Numbered from the stretch's first letter, positions 39,820-49,821 are shown. The stretch: 53,815 bases of DNA from Bacteroidales bacterium (GCA_017394445.1 JAFPYT010000246.1:1-53815), one strand, 5' to 3'. Made by a program: numbers and translations. Notes: generated by a model from the letters alone, not told the origin.

Positions 39820-42800
39820 TTATATTACCTCTTTCATTCTTGCATAATGCATTACGCTGGCAGGTATTTCATCCACCATTTTCCACCGAATTTGCATTTG
39901 ATAACGTGTGCCAAGATTTTTGTATTCCCAATCTTTGAGAGTAACTTTTCCTAAATAGACATATCCCATGGTGCGCGATTTGTCTTCGGCAAAATTCTTC
40001 TGCTCACGAACAAATAAAAGCATGGTTTGTGTTTGATTGATATATGCCTAACCTTCGTTTGAATCAGGACGTACACGATTTTGTGTGTCCCATTGAAATA
40101 GACTACTGGTCAAAGCCTTATCGTCGTAATCTGTTGTAGAACCCTCTTCGCGATTTTTGATAATATCCACAAACATGGCTTCTACTTTTGTGTTTTTGTT
40201 GCGTTCTACACCTTCTCGTGCCGGTGATTTTTTTTCGAGTGTGGATGTGCCGATAGCAACCTGAATTTGTGATTTTGTATAAATTCCATGCAGTTTGAGC
40301 GGAAAATTCATCAGTTGCGAATTGTCGGGCTTTTCGTAAGCATTATTGTTTTTTTGCAATAGTGGCACAACTTGTTTCATTTCGTCGCAAAAACATGAAT
40401 CCTTAGCAAGTGCATCTACCATTTCTTGAAGACTCGTATATTTGCCCGAAGTTTCAAAAAGGTCGTAATAAAACATCAATAGCCTTGTTTGGTCAACGGC
40501 TGACAGTTGTTTTACGTTGATTTTAAATGATTTTTGTGCTATTGAGTTTATGAAACTTAAATAAGAATACGAATCTGTGGCCAACCATTTGCGGTATACA
40601 GCCCGGCTTAATTCTTCGTTGTAATTTGATTGTGTGTTTACGATGTTAGATTCGTTTAACAGTTGATTCCACGTTCTTCCTTTGTATAATCTCTCCAATG
40701 GAATTTGGTATATATCTACAAAGTTTTCGAGATTGAGCGGCACTGAATGATTACGATCAAAATTTTGAATTAAAGCCGTAAGTTTGCGTGAATTATAATT
40801 TAAGATTGCATTTTTAAGGTTGTTTACAATATATTCCTTGGCTTTTGGCTCCAAAATTATTTGACATTTTAACGGCAAATGTGGGCAGTTGAGATTTAAT
40901 TCTTCTAATACGCTCATCGAAGTTCGTCCCATCATTGTTCGCATACGGTCGGTATAGTTAAATTCTGCACGACTATTGCCTACATAGTCTAAGATATTTA
41001 CATATTCCTTGCCCGGTGCTTTGCGCAATCCACGTCCAAATTGTTGGATAAACACTGTGAGACTTTCTGTTGGTCGTAAAAATAAAATTGTGTCCACTTC
41101 CGGAATATCAACACCTTCGTTGAACATGTCTACTACAAACAGATAGTTTATGCTTTTGGTTTTAAGCCTGTTATATAAAACTGTACGCATTGGGGCGTTG
41201 TCGCTTGTAAGAACATCCGCTTTTAATCCGCATAATGTAAACTTTGATGCCATATATTTTGCATGTTCTTGGTCAACACAAAAACACAATGCCCTTACAT
41301 CGCGAATGTTATCCAAATATTTTTGCAACGAGCGTAATATCACCTCGGTACGTGCGTCGTTGTATCTATAAATTTTTGAAAGTTCGGATATTACATAATG
41401 ACCTTTGTCCCAAGCCACTTCGGAATAATCAACACTATCTGTAATACCATAATAATGAAATGGAGCAAGCAATCCTTTATTTAAAGCATCGTCGAGACGT
41501 ATTTCCGCCGAAATAGTTCCGTCAAAATCATGTTTAATATCCATTCCATCCATACGTTCGGGAGTGGCGGTTAGTCCCAATAGTATTTTGGGTTTAAAAT
41601 AATCAATAATTTTTCGATACGATGAAGCGTAGCGTGATGCACTTCGTCGATAATGATATAATCATAATAATCCGCAGGAAGATTTATCTTATCCAAACGG
41701 TTGTTTAAGGTATCTTTTGAAGCAAAAATGTATTCAAAATTGTTGGGTTCTTGGCCGCTATACCATTTTTCACCAAAGTTGTAATCGCAAAGAACTTGTC
41801 GAAAAGTATTGATACTCTGTCTGATAATTTCTTCACGGTGAGCCACAAACAATAATCGAGCACGGTCGTGTTTATCAGCAAACTGTTTATAATCGCTGGC
41901 TGCCATTACCGTTTTACCTGTTCCTGTTGCCGCTACAACAAGATTTCGCCAATGATTGCGAACTTCGCGTTCTACTTGTAGACGTTCTAATATTTCACGT
42001 TGATAATCAAACGGACGGATTAATCCTGTTAAATTTGAAAAATCTATTTCGTTGTTAATCTTGCCGTTGAGTGCTGATTTTAAACGTGCATCATCTTTAC
42101 CATTGATAAAAGTTTCATAACTTTCAGCCCACCACGATGCTTTGAACGAATTGCAGATTGTTTTCATCATCTGCGGCTGTTCGTATTGCGTAATCTTTAC
42201 ATTCCACTCTGCGCCTGTATCCAGAGCCTGTTGTGATAGATTCGACGAACCAATGTAAGCCGTATTAAAACCTGTATCGCGTAGAAAAATATAAGCCTTG
42301 GCGTGAAGGCGTTCGGAAGTTTCGTCGTAGGTAATTTTAATTTCGGTATTTTTAAGTGTCGCAAGTTGTTTAACGGCCTCAAAATCGGTGGCTTGTAAAT
42401 AAGTAGTGGTTATTACTTTCAAATTCCCGCCGCGGTTTGTAAATTCTTTAAGTTGTGGCAACAGCAAAGCAAGTCCACTTTTCTTGATAAACGATACCAT
42501 AAAATGTATTTCATCGGCAGAAGCAATTTCTTTTTGCAATTCGGTGTAAAGTTTCATGTCCTTACCTGTAAACAACGCTCCGTTAACGAGCCCTTTTATA
42601 GGCATGATTTCTTGCAATCTCTTTGCTAAATCGGGATAATCAGATTGTGTTTTGTCTATTACCGCGGTCAATATTTTTGCTTGCGCCGAAACCAAATTGC
42701 CTGATTCTAAATTAAACTCGTTTACCAATTTTTTGATAATTGCATTTGCCAAGTTTATTCCTTTGAAAATGGAGTTTGATGGTAGCAAATCTTCATCATC

Positions 42801-42983
42801 CTCGTCTAAATCAGAGTCGGTTAATACCTGTTCAAAAATATTTGTAAGGTACATAGATAAAAGTTTAGCAACCTCGTGTTTTTCAATAGTTCTTTCTCCG
42901 ATGTAAAAACGGTTTTGATCTATTGCTGATATTTTTTCTTCAAATAGTTGATTAATTATTTGTTCGTAAATACCGGTCTGCAT
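39820..42983 (-). pseudogene. SauUSI-like PLD nuclease / SF2 helicase / DUF3427 protein, disrupted
   Basis: RLHAKAYIF..GSSNLS (HKD-like), ATGTGKT, DEVHH, GLTATPER, DMFNEGVD, QQFGRGLR, DY.D.A...LFQW.TQN. One-base frameshift near 41630 and in-frame TAG at 40048-40050. Confidence 0.85.
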
Positions 42984-43012
42984 AAATTTTATGGTATGTA
43001 AAAGTATCTATG

Positions 43013-43043
43013 CAAAACTATTGTTTTTTTCTTTTAGAGCAAA
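43013..43043 (-). promoter_or_regulatory. sigma-A promoter of the PLD-helicase gene
   Basis: Minus strand TTTG-N19-TAGTTTTG. Confidence 0.6.
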
Positions 43044-43083
43044 AGAAATTGGGGATAAAATTTTGGGGATTGCAAAAAAGTTT

Positions 43084-43974
43084 TTACAAGTTTCCCATTA
43101 TTGCCGTTATCAGCGATGAATCCAATATTTCAAATGCAAAGCACTTTTTGCCTAAGTCTTTGAGTGATGCGCCGATGTGGTAAAGGGTGGTGTTGTCGAT
43201 TATCAGAAAACGGTCGTGCATTGTGGTGGTAGGTCTGACTGTTAGGGTGGGATATTGGGCGTTGAAGGTTTGAATGTCTTGGGCTGTGAGTGGGGTGTTG
43301 GGTTTTGTGTATATGGTAACGTTAACGCCCGGTTGTTTTTTTGTAAGGCGTTGTAATACACTTAAATCCACATAGTTGTCTATCAAGATAATTTCTTTTG
43401 TTGCAGATTGAATAAAACTCTCAAATTTGGCGTATGCGTCGAAGATTTGACCTTGAAAGAATATGCCCTGAGTATCGTCGATTGCGTATTTGTTCATACG
43501 GTCAAAGAGTTCGTCGATGCGGCGGTCGGATTCTTTTTGATGAATATTTACTTTAAGCAACTGATTTTTAATCGTATTGATTTCTGTAAAAATCTGAGCG
43601 TTATTGTGCAAGAAATGCCGCATAGAAACAAACGCCCGCATAATTTGAATGTTGACCTCAACCGCCTTTTGTGATTTCAATACCGATGATAGCATCGCCA
43701 CACCTTGTTCTGTGAAAACAAAGGGTAATGATGGAGAAAATTTCAATGCTTGGAGGTGGTCGCAAATTGCGACCACCTCGTCTTTCTCGGTTTTGTTCAG
43801 CGAAAACATAAAATCCTCAGGAAATCGCTCGATATTGCGTTTAACTTGTTCGTTGAGGCGTTTTGTCTCCACACCGTACAACTCCGCCAAATCGCGGTCG
43901 AGCATCACTTGCTGCCCACGGATTACGAGTATTTTGTTTTCGATATTGATGGGTTGTAATGAGTTATCGAGCAT
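43084..43974 (-). CDS. ORF6N DNA-binding domain protein with C-terminal PLD-like (HDRF) domain, copy 2
   Basis: Same motifs as 34348-35220. Start set at ATG 43974 by alignment with copy 1 and by promoter position. Confidence 0.9.
   Translation of the reverse strand: MLDNSLQPINIENKILVIRGQQVMLDRDLAELYGVETKRLNEQVKRNIERFPEDFMFSLNKTEKDEVVAICDHLQALKFSPSLPFVFTEQGVAMLSSVLKSQKAVEVNIQIMRAFVSMRHFLHNNAQIFTEINTIKNQLLKVNIHQKESDRRIDELFDRMNKYAIDDTQGIFFQGQIFDAYAKFESFIQSATKEIILIDNYVDLSVLQRLTKKQPGVNVTIYTKPNTPLTAQDIQTFNAQYPTLTVRPTTTMHDRFLIIDNTTLYHIGASLKDLGKKCFAFEILDSSLITAIMGNL
43753..43779. repeat. perfect 27-bp intragenic palindrome
   Basis: GAGGTGGTCGCAA-A-TTGCGACCACCTC, 13-bp arms. Confidence 0.95.
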
Positions 43975-43998
43975 AATATTGATTCTATCAATTTTCAG

Positions 43999-44030
43999 CA
44001 AAGTTACTAACAATTTTTGTGTCTTGCAAA
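43999..44030 (-). promoter_or_regulatory. sigma-A promoter of ORF6N copy 2
   Basis: Minus strand TTTG-N20-TAACTTTG. Confidence 0.7.
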
Positions 44031-44086
44031 AAAAGTTTCTCATCTCTTGTGCAACTCTTATTCTATTTATTCCGTATCTTTGCCTT

Positions 44087-45262
44087 ATGAAACAGTACAT
44101 TCTAATTTCAATATTACTATTAACTTGGGGTGTTGTGGCGGGTCAAAATGATACTACAAGGCACGGCGGCTATATTCCGCTGTTCGACAACCTTACTTCG
44201 CCCGATGTGCCGCTGCCCAATGATTACAATGGTAAATTGCGCACTACTAATTCTGATAGCATTCAGGTGAGCGTGGAGGAGGCTGTGGAAAACCTCCGAA
44301 ACCTCTATAATGCCGGTAGGTTTAGCGAGGCGCTCGGATATGCGTTGTATGTGCGTATGCGCAAGCACGAAGACCGTTTTACCAAGGAAGAAACCGAAGT
44401 TTTTCATAAATATGCCATTGCCTCTATGAAGGAGATGGGTTTTGACTATAAGGCCGATTCGCTTATGAAGATTTTTTGCCGTCAAAGTCCTTTTTACGAG
44501 GTAAAAGATGATGATCCCGATGCGTTTGTAAAACTAAAAGATAAATTTGTTACACGTCCTATACTCGGCATAAGGGTTTCGAGTAGCAAGGATTACCCTA
44601 TAATTACTCTCGACACTGTGTACACCGTGCGCGATAAGGAGACAGGCTATAAGTACCAAAACTTTAAGGGTTCGTCGTTTGGGGCAGATGTGGTTTATTA
44701 CCCGATGAAAAATTTGGAAGTGTCGACAGGTGTGATGTTTTCTAAATTGGGCTTTACACGATTGGAACATAGTCAAAAGGTGAAGTTTTCGTATACCGAA
44801 AATGATCGTCTGATTTCGTTTCCCTTAGAGGTAGGATATTGTTTTAAGCCGTTTTGGGGATTGGTAATTCCCGAATTTTTTGCAGGAGCAAGGCTGTCGC
44901 TATTGCACAAAAGCACCTACGAGGTAAGCGACCAAGTGTTTAAACTCAACTCGGTGGGCAGCACTACCGAAGATGTTGCTTGCGAAGGTGATTTTGATAA
45001 TGTAAAAAACTCATTTGTAACTCTTTATGGTGGATTTAGGCTAAATTACGAAATTCGTAGGATATGTTTTTTTGCAGGAGCATATTACGGAGCGGCTTTG
45101 GGCGAATTACGAAAACCTGAGGATAATTACACAAATGTAGAACTTATTGTAAACCATCGTTTTATGCCCGACGCTATACGTGTGGGACAAGTTTCGGTAA
45201 ACCTTGGCGTTAAAGTAAACCTATATTATAAGACGTTTGCCAAATACGGTTACGGCTATTAA
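44087..45262 (+). CDS. PorT-like outer membrane beta-barrel protein with helical N-terminal domain
   Basis: Signal peptide MKQYILISILLLTWGVVAG and an amphipathic beta-strand C-terminal half (ISFPLEVGY, PEFFAGA, VNLGVKVNLY). TATCTTTG lies at 44075-44082. Confidence 0.65.
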   Translation: MKQYILISILLLTWGVVAGQNDTTRHGGYIPLFDNLTSPDVPLPNDYNGKLRTTNSDSIQVSVEEAVENLRNLYNAGRFSEALGYALYVRMRKHEDRFTKEETEVFHKYAIASMKEMGFDYKADSLMKIFCRQSPFYEVKDDDPDAFVKLKDKFVTRPILGIRVSSSKDYPIITLDTVYTVRDKETGYKYQNFKGSSFGADVVYYPMKNLEVSTGVMFSKLGFTRLEHSQKVKFSYTENDRLISFPLEVGYCFKPFWGLVIPEFFAGARLSLLHKSTYEVSDQVFKLNSVGSTTEDVACEGDFDNVKNSFVTLYGGFRLNYEIRRICFFAGAYYGAALGELRKPEDNYTNVELIVNHRFMPDAIRVGQVSVNLGVKVNLYYKTFAKYGYGY

Positions 45263-45273
45263 AACTATTGACA

Positions 45274-46567
45274 ATGAAAAAATTATTGATATTATTTTTG
45301 GCAATGGCGGCTGTTGGTTGCAAAGAGGGCGGCATACTCAACGACCACAACGTGTTTATGTCCGATTCGTTGGCGTCTGCCGTTAAAAAAGTGCCGATTC
45401 GGTTTGAAGCCTCTATGCCTATGTATGTTACCGACGATGGAGGATTGCTTTTGGTTGAAGATTTTGTATCTTCTGTTGCGGGCGACCAAGAGATGAATTC
45501 TACACGAATAGCCAAAATTTTGCCCGATGGTTCTAAAACGTTTATGAAAATGCCCGAACCTCATTGGATTGCCAATGGCGACATTCCGCAAGAAACAATT
45601 GAACAGTTTGCTCCTGATATTCAACCTATCAACAATTTGTTCAAAGGGTCGGACGGCTGTTTTTATTCTCTTGGAATTTCGCAACCAAGGTTTCAAAGCG
45701 AATTTTTGGCACTTGCCCTAACCAAGTTTGATAGCGGTTTGAAAATTGTTTACGATTATTGCGCTGTTTTTTCGCTTGACGACGATCATCCTCTGCCTTA
45801 CAGTTGGCGTTCCGCTCGACAACGGACGTTTTGCCATCCTTTTAAAAATGGGCGACGAGTGGCAAAATCAGGCGGTTTATTCGGCTATAATAATTGCTGT
45901 CGATGGAACGGTGGAAAACGAAATTCAGTTTGACCCCGAATTTGGTGAATATCCTGATGGAACTGTCTATTCTTGCGGCGACAATATTATCCGCGACTGT
46001 ACCGATTTTTCTAACGAACAGCATATTAGGTCGTTTTCGAGCAAGGGAGAATTTTTGTACGAACAAATTGCTTCTGGTAAATGTGCAAGAGTATCATACA
46101 CGGGCAAAAACACCATTCTTACCTGCTTTGAGGAATATGAGCCGAAATATGTTGAAGGTCCCAACGGTTATCAGATTACTGTTATGAACGGAAAATTTTA
46201 TTACACCGATATTACACCCGAATTAACAGGCACTGAGGTGAGAGATTTTAATGGAAGTGATTCTACCTACATTGTGATGGGTGGTGTTTATTGCGGTGGA
46301 AGTCAAATATTGTACGGTTATTGCAGGCAATGTTTTAGGTCGAATTTCGGAGTAGATTATTTTTACAACGAAAACGATGCTAAGGGCTTTATTATTAAAG
46401 ACGAAAAGTTGTACACTGTGACTGGAACATCTTCTAAGGCCATTCTCGGCGTTTGGTACAGCGGTGGCACTTACACCGTTTACTACGACGAGCGTTTGCC
46501 CGAAGCCGATTGGAACAGGTATGTAACTATTATAAAAACCAACGATTTAAATAAACTCAACAATTGA
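45274..46567 (+). pseudogene. lipoprotein (beta-propeller-like), frameshifted near 45795-45805
   Basis: Lipobox AVGC. ORFs 45274-45933 and 45746-46567 join into one beta-rich protein if one base is removed. Confidence 0.65.
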
Positions 46568-47732
46568 GCACATTAGATATTATATTAATTATTTTGCTTT
46601 TGGCGGCTGTGTCGGCTGCGGTATATTTTGCATCCACAAGGCGCCGAAAGGCTGAACGCGCTGTTGCCGATTATGGCGAAGACCTTAAACGCGAAATTCG
46701 TTTCTCGTCTGATGAGGTGCTGCGCTACAAATCGCTTTACGAAAAACTCAAAAACTCTGAAAAACAAGCCGATGAGTTGCCCACTTTGACCGATGGCGTT
46801 ATGCCCGACGAGGTGCTGATGACCGCCGAACGAATTATGCTTGAACAGCAGAAACTCGAACTCGAAAAAAACGAAATCTCCGAACGCAACCGCAAACTGT
46901 GGGATATGTCGCTATTGATTGAAAAAAAGCGTGAACATATCTCTGCCCTCAAACGCGACATTGAGGAAAAACACCGAGCCGTTACCGACAGCATCACCTA
47001 CGCCAAACGTATTCAATTGGCTGTTTTGCCCGAAAGCCGTTTGCTTAGCGAGTGCTTTGGCGATTATTTTATTTTTTGGCGGCCTAAGGATATTGTTTCG
47101 GGCGATTTTTATTGGATGAAACGTATTGGCGACATTGTGGCGTTTACCGTGGCAGACTGTACGGGTCACGGCGTTCCGGGCGCGTTTATGAGTCTTCTGG
47201 GTATAACGTTTCTCAACGATATTTGTATGAAACTTGATGAGGATACCCAGCCGAGCGATATTTTGGAACTTTTGCGCAGCGATATTATCTACGCATTTGG
47301 TCAGGAAGGTGTCAACGAGCGTCCAAACGACGGTATGGATATGGCGCTCTGCATTCTTAACCTGCGTACCAACAAACTGCGCTTTGCCGGAGCCAACAAT
47401 CCTATGTATCTTATGCGCAACGGCGAATTGCAAGAATACAAGTCGGTAAAGAATCCTATTGGCAATTATGCGTTTTCCGCGATTTTTCGTCGGTGGAAAT
47501 CGACGTGCAGACGGGCGATTGGATCTATATGTTTTCCGACGGTTATGCCGACCAATTTGGAGGCGAAGAAAACCGCAAACTCAACTACAAACGTTTCCGC
47601 GCCCTTATGACCGAAATGTCGCTTCTCAACAGCGAACAGCAAATGATACGCTTAGGCAAATTCCTCGACGAATGGAGGGGCAATACACCACAATTGGATG
47701 ATGTGATGGTGGCTGGATATAGGGTGAGGTGA
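46564..47732 (+). pseudogene. membrane-anchored SpoIIE/PP2C (RsbU/SiaA-like) phosphatase, frameshifted in T4 at 47473-47476
   Basis: DSITYAKRIQ, PKDIVSGDFYW, ADCTGHGVPGAFMS and DGMDMA. After the shift: FSDGYADQFGG and QLDDVMVAG. Confidence 0.85.
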
Positions 47733-47784
47733 TTAATTTTTTTTAATAATTGTTGTAAAAAATTGTTTTTTATATCAAAATCTC

Positions 47785-47792
47785 TATCTTTG
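47785..47792 (+). promoter_or_regulatory. sigma-A -7 element of rloAB
   Basis: TATCTTTG with TTG about 20 bp upstream. Confidence 0.6.
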
Positions 47793-47816
47793 CCGTGAAT
47801 TTTTAACGGAATCGCT

Positions 47817-49133
47817 ATGCTTTTAAGATTTATAGTAGATAATATATCATCAGTTAAGGACGCAACGGAATTTGATATGTTTCCGTCGAGCAAAAGTCAC
47901 AGCCATGATAATCACAAAGTTGAATGTGGTCATGCTACTGTATTACGTATGGGCGCTATTTATGGCGCAAATGGTGCGGGTAAAAGTAATCTTATAAACG
48001 CACTACGTCTTTTGCAAGAAATTGTTGTGTCAGAAACTCTTAACAATATAGTAGTATACGATTTGCCTTTTAAAATGAATGCTCAATCTCAGGAAAAACC
48101 ATCAGGTTTTGCGATAGAGTTTTATTATAATAGTAATGTGTATTATTATCACATTGAGTTTTCAGGAAAAATAATTACATTGGAAGAATTACTATTGAGC
48201 AAAAATAATAGGGATTTGGAGTTGTTCTCACGTAGCGATTTAGATATTTCCATTAAATCCAAATATATTGGAAATGGTATTAGCGAACAATTTAAAGATG
48301 CTTTGCAAAGAATGGTTCGCCCTGATATGCTGTTGCTTTCTTTCTTAGGTAAATATTATCCTAATGAAAGTCCGATTGTTGCTGATGCCTACCAATGGTT
48401 TGTGAGTAAATTACGTATTGTTCTTCCCGATTATGCATACGGCTTTGTGCCCCATTTGTTAGATACAAATGTCGATTTTGCAAACCTCATGAATACTACT
48501 TTACCCGAATTTAAGACAGGTATCCATCAATTAAGAGTTAAAAAGAAAATAATTGACGATAAAGACGTCAATGATGAGAATCTGTTGCAATTTATTAAAT
48601 GGGCAAAGGACCATCCTAATGAACCAAAATCTTTTTTTATTGGTGAAGATGAAATTAATATTATTTATGAAGATGGTAATGTAATTTTAAAATCATTAGT
48701 TGCAGTTCACAAGAATTTAGATGGAACAGAATGCTCTATATTATTTCCAAATGAATCAGATGGTACTCGACGCTTGATAGAATATATGCCGTTGTTATTT
48801 AATATTCTTCAAAAAGATTTTGTTTACGTCGTCGACGAAATCGAGCGCAGCCTTCATCCGATAATGATTAAGGATATAATTAGCAAAATCTCCGAAAGCA
48901 AGACAGCCAAGGGGCAATTGATTTTCACTACCCACGAATCGTGTTTGCTTGACCAAAATATTTTCCGCCCCGATGAAATTTGGTTTGCTCAAAAGGATGT
49001 AGAACAAGCCACGCAACTTTATCCGTTGAGCGATTTTAATATTCATAAAACAGCAAATATCGAAAACGGCTATCTAAATGGACGTTACGGTGGTATTCCT
49101 TTTTTGTCGAACCTTAAAGATTTAAATTGGTGA
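47817..49133 (+). CDS. AAA_21 / RloA (AbiLi-like) ABC-type ATPase
   Basis: IYGANGAGKSN, ESDGTRR, VDEIERSLHP, QLIFTTH, RPDEIWF and YLNGRYGGIP. Confidence 0.9.
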   Translation: MLLRFIVDNISSVKDATEFDMFPSSKSHSHDNHKVECGHATVLRMGAIYGANGAGKSNLINALRLLQEIVVSETLNNIVVYDLPFKMNAQSQEKPSGFAIEFYYNSNVYYYHIEFSGKIITLEELLLSKNNRDLELFSRSDLDISIKSKYIGNGISEQFKDALQRMVRPDMLLLSFLGKYYPNESPIVADAYQWFVSKLRIVLPDYAYGFVPHLLDTNVDFANLMNTTLPEFKTGIHQLRVKKKIIDDKDVNDENLLQFIKWAKDHPNEPKSFFIGEDEINIIYEDGNVILKSLVAVHKNLDGTECSILFPNESDGTRRLIEYMPLLFNILQKDFVYVVDEIERSLHPIMIKDIISKISESKTAKGQLIFTTHESCLLDQNIFRPDEIWFAQKDVEQATQLYPLSDFNIHKTANIENGYLNGRYGGIPFLSNLKDLNW

Positions 49134-49134
49134 T

Positions 49135-49821
49135 ATGGCAATAGAACGTAGAAGGGATTACGGCAAAAAAGCACCTTCACGAGATGCTCATAAGGTGTAT
49201 ATAATATGCGAGGGTAGTGTTACTGAACCTCGTTATTTTACTTTTTTTGAAGGATTATCTTCTAATTTACAGGTTATTACCATTCCTTCAAAAGATGGTG
49301 AAACCGACCCGTTGAAACTGAGAGATTATGCCAAGCAAAAGTTTTTAAAAAATGGTAAACCTAATAAATTGGAATATCAAAATGGTGATACCGTGTGGTT
49401 TGTAATTGATACCGATTCTTGGGAGCACGAGGGTAAAATTGATCCTTTACGTGATTTTTGTTCTTCGCAGAATAAATCTATTGCCAAACGTTTATCATAT
49501 TCCGCTTGGAATGTGGCACAAAGTAATCCATGCTTTGAAATTTGGCTCTATTATCATATTATGGAAAATCCTCCGAAAGATTTTGATGTTGATAAAGAGA
49601 CATTTAAAGCATACGTAGATAGAGTTTTACCCGGAGGTTTTAAATCCGAGCGACATCCTCAATATTTAGAAGATGCTATTAGAAATGCACAAAACAACTT
49701 TTACCGTGATTCTAATGGTAAATTGAGTCTGTTTTCTACCGAAATGTATGTGTTAGGTACAGAGATTCTCCATTTTGTTAAACGCGATTTAGATAAATTG
49801 AAAAACAAGATGTTGGGATAA
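49135..49821 (+). CDS. RloB family (TOPRIM-like, AbiLii-like) protein
   Basis: IICEGSVTEPRYF, VWFVIDTD and SNPCFEIWL..H. Confidence 0.9.
   Translation: MAIERRRDYGKKAPSRDAHKVYIICEGSVTEPRYFTFFEGLSSNLQVITIPSKDGETDPLKLRDYAKQKFLKNGKPNKLEYQNGDTVWFVIDTDSWEHEGKIDPLRDFCSSQNKSIAKRLSYSAWNVAQSNPCFEIWLYYHIMENPPKDFDVDKETFKAYVDRVLPGGFKSERHPQYLEDAIRNAQNNFYRDSNGKLSLFSTEMYVLGTEILHFVKRDLDKLKNKMLG

Noticed and set aside
36843-40050. In-frame TAA and TAG as evidence of stop-codon reassignment
   Set aside because: TAA and TAG terminate many intact genes in this window, and the helicase gene also has a frameshift. Nonsense mutation is the simpler explanation.
34348-43974. Composite transposon bounded by the two ORF6N copies
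   Set aside because: There is no transposase, integrase or terminal inverted repeat, and the copies are too diverged in the middle.
43649-44086. 146-aa N-terminal extension of the 537-aa plus-strand ORF, and the 44100 start of ORF6N copy 2
   Set aside because: The extension is the antisense shadow of ORF6N. Promoters, the signal peptide and paralog alignment point to starts at 44087 and 43974.
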